Shown: in pieces, positions 7,591 to 16,215 of the stretch | Numbering within the stretch: the stretch's first letter is position 1 | Layout: each line of letters opens with the position of its first letter | IMG/VR virus record: IMGVR_UViG_3300021247_000307 | Length of the DNA stretch: 37,640 nt | Source: an uncultured virus (IMG/VR IMGVR_UViG_3300021247_000307) | Lineage: Duplodnaviria; Heunggongvirae; Uroviricota; Caudoviricetes | Strand: one strand, 5' to 3' | Translations under genes and position numbers: made by a program | Notes under the pieces: model-generated | What the model was told of the DNA's origin: nothing | The model's input: the letters and a program-made list of their open reading frames with translations, nothing else | The model's database searches: none

Positions 7591-10500
7591 ATGAGTTGGA
7601 ACATAGATGAATTCGATTTGCAACGACAAATATATGTCAACGCACCTAATGCTTCTGTAGTAAATACAGGAGCTTTACCTGTTGGTAGTTATTCTGTTGT
7701 AATTAGAATCTATGATGAAAACCTTCAACTTATAACTCAATCAGATATTAGTCAACAAGTAGTATTAACTGGTAAACAGTTAGTAAGAAAAGAAGCTGTA
7801 ACTATATTACTTCCAGGACCTAATACTCCAAGATTTGATACACCATTATTAAATACTGATTCATCAACTGGAGCATTAAATGGTGAGATATTTGAAGAAA
7901 TAGATGGTGGTATTATATCATCAAAGAAAGGAATTAAAGTAACAGCAACTTCATTACCACAAGATTATCCTTATGCTAAAATAGTTATTATTGCTGCTAA
8001 TGTTAGTAATGATAAATCAGCATTTGAATTACCAGCATTATTATCTACTAATGGAATAGATTATACAGTAACATCATTAGATGGTGCTAGTAGAGTAGAT
8101 TTAGATTCTGTATATGTTGACCCAGTAATATACGATACTTCAGAACATATAGAAATAGTAGATAAAAGATTAATTAGAGCTAATGTTAAAACTAGATACT
8201 ATGACTATAGTGATTTTCAAAGTTATGCTAATAATGTAGAAATTAAATGGGTATCAAAACCTTATGTAGAAAATGAATCATCATTTCAATCTGATGAGAT
8301 ATATGCTTTTGGTATTCAATATCAAATGAGTGATGGAAGTTTTAGTCCTGTGTTTCATATTCCTGGAAGAGCAGCTACACCTAATGATAGAGTTGTAGAT
8401 ACTTTAAGTCCAACTGAAACAGATGCTATTGGTACATTATTACAACGTTGGCAAGTATATTCTACAGCATCAATAGATGGAACTCTAGGATATTATGAAT
8501 CTCAAGAAACATATCCATTAACTAAAAAATGTGATAATCAATATGTATTTGGTGATTTAGCTAATACTCCAGTAAGATACCATAGAATGCCAATGAAGAA
8601 TATGGTTGGTATGCAGAATGCTATTGGTATTAATGTTAATCCTAAAGAACTTCCAACTAACACTATAGGTTGGAGAGTAATGGTTGTTGAACGAGATAGT
8701 ATTAATAGAACTGTAAATGATTCAGGAATTATTACTGGAGTTCAAGAATCACTATATAAAGAACAACGTACTGTAGATTATGCTGTATATGGTATAGCTA
8801 GTCAAGTAGCTGCTAAACCTGATGCACTATTTAAAAGAGGAAACTTTAATCCATCATTAACTAATAGTATTAGTGATACAGTATATGCTACACTATGTGT
8901 TAAAGAATTAGCTGGAGAAGGAATTAGAACTGATTATATTAGTATTCCTTGTGTATTTGATTTAGATGGTGTTGATACAATAACTACATGGTATAATGAA
9001 GCTAAAGATGATATAATATTACCTAACAAACGAGGTAAAACTAAAGGAAACTTATTTCAGAAAGTTAAGAATGAATTTTTAAGAATATATGTATATCCTG
9101 TAATACACGCTTTTACTAGATTGTATAATAGGAATTATAACTATTCTGCAACAAGTAATAATGCTATTTATCAAACAGTTGCAGATACTTATTACGTTAA
9201 TAGTTATAGTAAATATGAAGTTGGTAATGAAGTTTATGCTAATCAATTTCAATCTAATGATGTAAGTTTTGTAAAACTTAAATATCCACTTAATGCTCCA
9301 GATATAATAGCTAATAAATCAGAACAACAATTAGGATATGTATTAAAGAAACAAGCTACTAGACCTTATGCTTCTATTAATAGCTTACAATATAAAGCAT
9401 TAACTCCTACTATATATACTACAAGAGATACTGTTGATTATTATAATGGAGATATTTATATTAGTAGATTTAGACTTACAACATTCTTTTTAGAAGATAG
9501 AGATGAAGCTACATCAACAGGAGTTAGTACAGGACTTTTTATATTAACTGGTACACTTAGTGCTTTAGCATCTGCTGGTAGAGATAGAGAATTATATACA
9601 GTAGAATATACAGAAGTATTATTAGAATCTGATTATAATCTTAACTATAGAGTTCTAGGAACTAAACAGAATGAAGTGTTTAATGGATTTGATTTAATTG
9701 TTTATAAAAACAAATCATACTTTCAAAACTTAGCTAATTACTTCTTTAATAAAATAGGAGAATTAGATGAAGGAGATAGACAATCAACTCAAGATGATAG
9801 ACTTGTTAGATATGGAATAAATGAAACAAAAGAATACTACGCATATAATAAAGATTTAAATAGACTGTTTATGGGTAAAACTTATTTCCCATTACCAGCT
9901 AATTGGAATTACTGTGAAGATTGTTCTGCTAAATTTCCTAATAGAATAATATGGTCTGCTGCATCATTTAGTGAAGATAAATCAGATTTCTTTCAAACAT
10001 ACTTAGCTAATAACTTTACATCAGTAGGTACATCACCTATTACTGCATTAAACTATAGTAGTAATAGATTATTAGTTCGTACTACAAAGAGTATGTTTGT
10101 AATGTCACCAAATCCACAAGAGATTAATACAGATGTAAGTACACTATATATAGGTACTGGAGATTTCTTATCTATACCTCCACAAGAAATAAGAAAAGTA
10201 GATTATGGTTTTGGTGGTGGTAAAGGAACTAAAGACTTTATTGCTACTGAATTTGGATTTGTAACTGTAGATGATAGAACTGGACAAGTATTTTTATTCT
10301 CTGAAGGAATGAAAGAATTAACAGATATTAATTCAGGATGCAATCAATGGTTTAAAGAATATCTACCAACAATAAATGGACATATATTATTAGGTTATGA
10401 CCCACAGTTTAAAAGACTAATGGTATATAAAAGAGATGAGTTTGATAAAACAGAGAATAAATCATTTGTAATTAGTTATAGTTTTAATTATCAAACATGG

Positions 10501-11118
10501 ATTAGTTTTCATAGCTATCATCCTAAGTATTTCTTTAATAGTTTTGATACTTTATTTAGTACAATAAATAGTAAGTTATACTCACACGATAGTAGAATAT
10601 ATAATGAGTTTTATGGTGTATTTAAAGATAGTATATTCGAGTATGTTATTAATGCTCCTACTACAGTTGATTTAGATGCTATTGATTATTATGCTGTAAC
10701 ACTAGACTGGGATAATGATACTAAGTCTTGGAAGAATGTAAACTATCCTACGTTTGATAGGTTTATGGTATATACTAAACAACAATCAACTGGACTACAA
10801 GAATTAATTCCTAAATCAGATTATAATATTGATTGGGATAATAGAAAGAAAACAGTAAGTAATAGAGAAAGAAATTATAGAATTAGTGCAATTAGAGATT
10901 TATCTACAGCTAGTCCTGTAATGAGTAGAGCATGGAATGATATAGAATCTAGTTATCCTATTGATGCTGTTGCAACTAACGTTAACTATAATGCATCACA
11001 ATGGAATCAAATATCCATAAAAGATAAGTATTTTTATGTAAGATTCTTTTTCAATGGAAAAGGAACTCGTATAATACTTGATATAATGAAATCTAAACAA
11101 CAGCTAAGTATATCATAA
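7591..11118 (+). CDS. Tail-stabilisation (muzzle; P22 gp10-like) protein, main C-terminal part
   Basis: GALPVGSYSVVIR, FQSDEIYAFGIQY...SPVFHIPGR, FPNRIIWS, LYIGTGDFLS, LGYDPQFKRLMV, SFVISYS...WISFHSYHP, KDKYFYVRF: recalled motifs of crAss-like muzzle proteins. Beta-rich; lacks the usual N-terminus. Confidence 0.8.
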   Translation: MSWNIDEFDLQRQIYVNAPNASVVNTGALPVGSYSVVIRIYDENLQLITQSDISQQVVLTGKQLVRKEAVTILLPGPNTPRFDTPLLNTDSSTGALNGEIFEEIDGGIISSKKGIKVTATSLPQDYPYAKIVIIAANVSNDKSAFELPALLSTNGIDYTVTSLDGASRVDLDSVYVDPVIYDTSEHIEIVDKRLIRANVKTRYYDYSDFQSYANNVEIKWVSKPYVENESSFQSDEIYAFGIQYQMSDGSFSPVFHIPGRAATPNDRVVDTLSPTETDAIGTLLQRWQVYSTASIDGTLGYYESQETYPLTKKCDNQYVFGDLANTPVRYHRMPMKNMVGMQNAIGINVNPKELPTNTIGWRVMVVERDSINRTVNDSGIITGVQESLYKEQRTVDYAVYGIASQVAAKPDALFKRGNFNPSLTNSISDTVYATLCVKELAGEGIRTDYISIPCVFDLDGVDTITTWYNEAKDDIILPNKRGKTKGNLFQKVKNEFLRIYVYPVIHAFTRLYNRNYNYSATSNNAIYQTVADTYYVNSYSKYEVGNEVYANQFQSNDVSFVKLKYPLNAPDIIANKSEQQLGYVLKKQATRPYASINSLQYKALTPTIYTTRDTVDYYNGDIYISRFRLTTFFLEDRDEATSTGVSTGLFILTGTLSALASAGRDRELYTVEYTEVLLESDYNLNYRVLGTKQNEVFNGFDLIVYKNKSYFQNLANYFFNKIGELDEGDRQSTQDDRLVRYGINETKEYYAYNKDLNRLFMGKTYFPLPANWNYCEDCSAKFPNRIIWSAASFSEDKSDFFQTYLANNFTSVGTSPITALNYSSNRLLVRTTKSMFVMSPNPQEINTDVSTLYIGTGDFLSIPPQEIRKVDYGFGGGKGTKDFIATEFGFVTVDDRTGQVFLFSEGMKELTDINSGCNQWFKEYLPTINGHILLGYDPQFKRLMVYKRDEFDKTENKSFVISYSFNYQTWISFHSYHPKYFFNSFDTLFSTINSKLYSHDSRIYNEFYGVFKDSIFEYVINAPTTVDLDAIDYYAVTLDWDNDTKSWKNVNYPTFDRFMVYTKQQSTGLQELIPKSDYNIDWDNRKKTVSNRERNYRISAIRDLSTASPVMSRAWNDIESSYPIDAVATNVNYNASQWNQISIKDKYFYVRFFFNGKGTRIILDIMKSKQQLSIS

Positions 11119-14111
11119 TGAAGAAGATAGCACAAGGTTTACCTCTAAAGAAATACATAGGTAACAAACATAAAGATGGAGGAATAATGGTTAACGCTTT
11201 AGGCAACAAGACTAAATACGTTAATAAAGCTGTAGCTGAAGTTGAAGGTGGAGAATATAATTTTAGATATAATCCTAATAATCCTAAAGATAACTACATA
11301 CTATCAGAACAATTAGGAATAGCTGGTATAGCTAAACAAGCAGATAGATTTAAAGGTAATAATAGAATAGATTATAATACAAGAACTAATCTACTTAACA
11401 AATCAATGAAGTTAAATGAGATGTTAAGAGTTCAACAAGAACAACAACAACCTATGCAAATGGCATTAGGTGGAGGATTAAATAATAATCCTTTTGATAA
11501 ACAACCACCAAAACAAAAAGATTCTGACTTTAGAAAAACTTATCAAAGCACTCCAATGAATGTTGCTAAGATGTTTGACCCTACAGGAATTAGTTCTTAT
11601 CCTGATGTAGCATATTCTATTGATGATTATAATAAAGGAAAAGGAAGTAAATCAGATATAGCTTTAAATGTATTAGGAGCATTACCTATTATTGGTAAAG
11701 CTAAAGGATTAATTACATTAGCTAAAGGAACAAGTAAAACTAAAAAAGGATTAAATACTATAACTAAACTTGGAGATTTAGCTGGAGATATTGAAAGATT
11801 TCCATTACAAACTGCAAAAGATTTAACTAATAATGCTACAAAACCTATAGCTAAATTGGTTAATAAATCAGCTACTAATCTTTTAAATTTTAATGATGTG
11901 ATAAGAAATAAAATAGTTCCACCACTTAATCCTAATCAATTTTCTACAAAATCAGCAACTAAATCAGATATGATTAATGCTGGAACAAGTGTTGTTAATA
12001 TAGGTAATTTAGGTTCTGATATAAATAGTATTTCAAAGAAACAATTTGGTGGAAAGTTAAAGAAATATAAAGATGGAGGATTTAATGATAGTGGACCTAT
12101 AGATGATAACATACAAAATTATTATAAAAATACTACAACTCGTGATGTTGTATCAACTCCAGGAAATGAGTTAACTAATGTTCCTATGCAACCAGTTGCA
12201 CCATTAGTAAGACCAAAATTAGATGTAAGTAAAGAAATGCAACAAGCACAAGTTGCTGGAGATAATCATGTTAAACAAAAGAAGAATAATTTTAAAGGAG
12301 CATTATCAGCAGTAAGTGGTGTTGCAAGTGCATTTGGTCCTATTGGACAAGGAGTAGGTGCTGCTATACAACTAGCTCCTTATGCTATTGATTTAGGAAA
12401 AGCTATGTTTGATAAAACATCAGTTCAAGATTTACAAACTCAAGGAAGTGCTATGAGATTACCAAATACAACTTATGCTAAACATGGTGGTAAACTAAAT
12501 GTTAAACCGTTACCTAAATTTCAAGATGGTGGAAAATCTAAAGAAATAAATCCATTTGATAAAGTTACACCATCAACTAAAGTTACAGGAACTATGTATC
12601 CTCTTAATAGAGTAGATGATATGAATAATGCATTTAATAGAAGAAATCCTAGTACAATAAGAGGATTAATTAATTCTGAACAAATCAACTTACAAGAACT
12701 TATAACTAATCCATTTAATATAACAGCAGACCCTTATAATATAAATCCTGAAGATAAAAAAGAAAAAAGAAAAATAACATCATCATTAGATGTACTTAAT
12801 CCTAAATCTGATATTAATAGAGCAAGAAGTTTCTATCAAACTCCATCTTATATAGGAGGTAATAAATATGAATATCCTTTTAATCCAGTAACTACAACTG
12901 ATAATAAAGATAATGCTGAAAAGAATAAAGGTAATACTGGAAGTGGTAAAGGAAATACTGGAAGTAAATCTACACCTACAACAAATACTACATCTACAAC
13001 TACATCAACTAATATGTTACCATCAAGAGGATTAATGTTACCAGGTTCTAGTAGTATAGTACAAGCAGCAAAAGCTAGATTTGATAAAGATAATCTTGAA
13101 AGAGAAAAAGAATACGATGCTTTAGTAGGTAATGCTCTTAGTAAATTTAATACAAAAGGAATAACAACACCTACTACAACAGAAACTACAGAAGTTCCTC
13201 AATCTGAATCAAGTAGATTATTTAAAGCTGGACAGAATAAACAAAAGTTATCAGAAGCATTAATGTATGGAATGGCAGCATTACCATCTGAACAAATAAA
13301 AACTATAACTCCTGATTATGGTAGAGGTGATGATGCTATGAGTAGAATGGGATTATCTACTGAACCAATTAGACAAGAAATGATGCAAGGTGCTAATAAA
13401 GCATTAGAGTTAACTCGTAGTCAAGTTGGTACTGCTGGACAATTACAATCAAGAGGTCAAAGTATTATGAGTAATGTTGGAAGTCAACTAGCACAATCTC
13501 AAATGCAACAACAACAATATCTTAATCAATTAAGAGGTGCATTAGCACAAAGAGAAGATACTAAAGCTAATGTATTAGCTCAAAGTGAATTAACTGCAAG
13601 AGAAGCTAAATCTGCTGAAAGAGCTGCTAAACTAGACCAATTAAATAATGCTATATCTCAAACATCAGCTATAGGTGCTGGAACTATGGAGCAAGCATCT
13701 AAAATGAGTACTATAGAAAATGAGAATGAAAGATTTAATAAACAACAAGAAAGATTATTAGATATATTTAATAAGTCTGGTAATTTTAAAGTAAGTTTTG
13801 ATAAAGATGGAAAAATAACATACGATTATGTTGGTAACACTCCTGCTCAATCAAATATTAAAGCAGTAGATTTATCTAAACAACTAGTTGCAAATAATGC
13901 TGCAAATAATGGAACTGGTACAAATCCAGTTTCCAATGTTGTAGTTCCAGCTGCTACAACAACAGGAAATACATATACTATAAAGAAAAATGATTCATTA
14001 TATCGTATTGCTGCAAATAATAAAATGACACTAAATGAATTATTAAAACTTAATCCTGGAATGAAAACTACATCAGTAATACAACCAGGACAAACTATAA
14101 AAATAAAATAA
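11118..14111 (+). CDS. Virion cargo/ejection protein with repeated xxGG motifs and C-terminal LysM
   Basis: GNKHKDGG...AEVEGGE N-terminal motif; repeated (K/M)xxxGG motifs; amphipathic Gly/Ala helices; Gln-rich coiled coil; LysM TYTIKKNDSLYRIA...LLKLNP...IQPGQTIKI at 13971-14108. TAATG coupling at both ends. Confidence 0.7.
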   Translation: MKKIAQGLPLKKYIGNKHKDGGIMVNALGNKTKYVNKAVAEVEGGEYNFRYNPNNPKDNYILSEQLGIAGIAKQADRFKGNNRIDYNTRTNLLNKSMKLNEMLRVQQEQQQPMQMALGGGLNNNPFDKQPPKQKDSDFRKTYQSTPMNVAKMFDPTGISSYPDVAYSIDDYNKGKGSKSDIALNVLGALPIIGKAKGLITLAKGTSKTKKGLNTITKLGDLAGDIERFPLQTAKDLTNNATKPIAKLVNKSATNLLNFNDVIRNKIVPPLNPNQFSTKSATKSDMINAGTSVVNIGNLGSDINSISKKQFGGKLKKYKDGGFNDSGPIDDNIQNYYKNTTTRDVVSTPGNELTNVPMQPVAPLVRPKLDVSKEMQQAQVAGDNHVKQKKNNFKGALSAVSGVASAFGPIGQGVGAAIQLAPYAIDLGKAMFDKTSVQDLQTQGSAMRLPNTTYAKHGGKLNVKPLPKFQDGGKSKEINPFDKVTPSTKVTGTMYPLNRVDDMNNAFNRRNPSTIRGLINSEQINLQELITNPFNITADPYNINPEDKKEKRKITSSLDVLNPKSDINRARSFYQTPSYIGGNKYEYPFNPVTTTDNKDNAEKNKGNTGSGKGNTGSKSTPTTNTTSTTTSTNMLPSRGLMLPGSSSIVQAAKARFDKDNLEREKEYDALVGNALSKFNTKGITTPTTTETTEVPQSESSRLFKAGQNKQKLSEALMYGMAALPSEQIKTITPDYGRGDDAMSRMGLSTEPIRQEMMQGANKALELTRSQVGTAGQLQSRGQSIMSNVGSQLAQSQMQQQQYLNQLRGALAQREDTKANVLAQSELTAREAKSAERAAKLDQLNNAISQTSAIGAGTMEQASKMSTIENENERFNKQQERLLDIFNKSGNFKVSFDKDGKITYDYVGNTPAQSNIKAVDLSKQLVANNAANNGTGTNPVSNVVVPAATTTGNTYTIKKNDSLYRIAANNKMTLNELLKLNPGMKTTSVIQPGQTIKIK

Positions 14112-16213
14112 TGTCTAGTAGATATCAAAAAGTATTACCACAATTAACACCAAGTACAAGTGTATTAGATACACGAAGTACTACTCCAGATGTAACTCCA
14201 GCATTACAATTTGCACAACAGTTACAGACTAACTTGGATGAATTAAGTGTTATTAAAACACCTAATCATTTAGCTGGTGATGCTGAATTTGTTAAACGTG
14301 GATACTTAGACCCAATTAATGAAGCTAAGAATAAAGCTATAGAATCATTTAAGAATAATAATATTGCTGAAGGAGTTCAAGGTCTTAGAGATATAAAATC
14401 ATTCATGTTACAATCTCAACAACAAGGTGGTATATATTCACAGATAGAAAATAATTATAATAAAGCTGCTGAATATACTAAGCAATTAGAAGAAGGATAT
14501 ACTAAAGGTACTTATCAAGATTGGCAAGTTAATAACTATAAAGGATTAATAAGTAAAAGTAAGAGTTTTAATGATAAAGGAGAATATGTACCATTTGAAT
14601 TATCTAATCCAGCACAAGCTCTTGACTTACCTGAATACTTTAATAAATTAGCTAAAGATTGGGGTAAAACAGCTTTTTCTACTTATAGAAAAACTAGTGA
14701 TGGATTATTCTACGATATGAGTTCTGGAACTAGAGTTACTAAAGAAGAAGTTAAAGCAGGATTATTACAATTTATGGCTAGTGATATGAAAGCTCAATCA
14801 TATTATAAAGAATTAGCTAGTGTATTTGGTGAAGCAGCAGCTGATTCTATGTTTAATAATGCTATGAATGCTGCTGCTGATAAAGAAGAATTTAGTCAAA
14901 TAACTCCACACTACGTAAGAAATCCATTAATAGAAGGAGCTGGTTCAGGTGGAAGTAGAACTAAAATTGATAAAAATGGTGTACCTATATTAGAAGGATT
15001 ACTTGGTAAACAAATAACTTTTAAAGGAAGTGGTGTTGATATGGATGAAATACCTTCTCAATTATTTTTACATAATGGTGATTTAATTACTAGAACATCA
15101 TCAGGTAGATATAGGTCTTTAATTAATAAAGTAAATGTTAAAGTTCAAACACAAGGTTCTAATGTTGCTCCAGGTTCAGGAATAGTATTAAATGAAGAAA
15201 GATTTAAAGAATATCCAGCAAGTAGTAATTATACAGCAGTTACTTTAGACCAAATACTAACTAATGATAAATATAAAAGTACAAAAGAAAATTTACAAAA
15301 ACAAGCACCAGGATTGTTAGAAACTGCAAGAAGATTTCCAGTAGAAGAATATAGAAAAACATTAGCTAAAGATGCTATATATAATCCTAATGATTATAAT
15401 CAATTCTTATTAAAAAAATATGAACAATTAAATGAAGAAAAGACAGCATATGTTAATATGATGAGACCATCTATTAAAGATGGAAAACTTTTAGTTTCAA
15501 GACCTAATGGTGAAAAATTAAATATGAGTGATTTTATTAAATACGAATTACCATCTTTAATAAGTGCTCACGGAAATGAAATTATAAAACTTGTAAATGG
15601 TAAGTCAGATGAAATAAATAATAATGAAGTTTCAGAATTAAAACAATATATGGATGGTAAACCCGATAATGTTAAAGTATTAGGAACATTTCAAAGTGAA
15701 GGATTTAATCCTTATGGTGGAAGATATTTAATAGAAGCTAATGGTATACAATATGTTATTCCAGGAGATACAGAAGCTATAAGACAAATGTCAAATTTTA
15801 CTAATATTGCATTATCTAATATATTTAAGAATAATGGTGCATCTAGTAAATTAGGAAATACTGTAGGTGTAGACTATACTGATTCAGAATTTTTATATAC
15901 AAATATATTCTTAAAAGGTAATCCTGATATTAGTAATGTTCCTCCTATTGGTGGACAATTTATAGTATCAATGGATGATAAGTATGATAAAAATAACAAA
16001 CTAAAAAAGTTTGATTTTGATAATTATAATCCTGAAAATAGTGATATTAAATTAATGTATAAAGTAAATGGTAAAAATTATCCAATAGACCAAACTATAT
16101 TTAATGCAACACAATTAGCTAATCTTGGAAGACATAATGACCATTACTTAGGTAATCAAGAAAATCAGCAAATATATTTTAACTATCTTCAACAACTAAG
16201 TCAACAACAATAA
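14111..16213 (+). CDS. Probable second cargo/ejection protein (700 aa)
   Basis: Helical N-terminal half; translationally coupled between the first cargo gene and the RNAP gene as in crAss-like phages. No enzymatic motif recognised. Confidence 0.55.
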   Translation: MSSRYQKVLPQLTPSTSVLDTRSTTPDVTPALQFAQQLQTNLDELSVIKTPNHLAGDAEFVKRGYLDPINEAKNKAIESFKNNNIAEGVQGLRDIKSFMLQSQQQGGIYSQIENNYNKAAEYTKQLEEGYTKGTYQDWQVNNYKGLISKSKSFNDKGEYVPFELSNPAQALDLPEYFNKLAKDWGKTAFSTYRKTSDGLFYDMSSGTRVTKEEVKAGLLQFMASDMKAQSYYKELASVFGEAAADSMFNNAMNAAADKEEFSQITPHYVRNPLIEGAGSGGSRTKIDKNGVPILEGLLGKQITFKGSGVDMDEIPSQLFLHNGDLITRTSSGRYRSLINKVNVKVQTQGSNVAPGSGIVLNEERFKEYPASSNYTAVTLDQILTNDKYKSTKENLQKQAPGLLETARRFPVEEYRKTLAKDAIYNPNDYNQFLLKKYEQLNEEKTAYVNMMRPSIKDGKLLVSRPNGEKLNMSDFIKYELPSLISAHGNEIIKLVNGKSDEINNNEVSELKQYMDGKPDNVKVLGTFQSEGFNPYGGRYLIEANGIQYVIPGDTEAIRQMSNFTNIALSNIFKNNGASSKLGNTVGVDYTDSEFLYTNIFLKGNPDISNVPPIGGQFIVSMDDKYDKNNKLKKFDFDNYNPENSDIKLMYKVNGKNYPIDQTIFNATQLANLGRHNDHYLGNQENQQIYFNYLQQLSQQQ

Positions 16214-16215
16214 CA

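Noticed and set aside
4838..7593. Group I intron reading of the muzzle insertion: the upstream part ends in U and the insert ends in G, and removal gives in-frame ...LPD-SWNID...
   Set aside because: The insert is almost fully coding for structural-type proteins, with no room for or sign of a ribozyme core and no homing endonuclease. The U/G boundary is easily chance. RT-PCR across the junction would settle it.
12925..12990. Short tandem duplication encoding KGNTGSG-KGNTGSK
   Set aside because: A 21-nt-period, two-copy repeat in a low-complexity linker; ordinary slippage.
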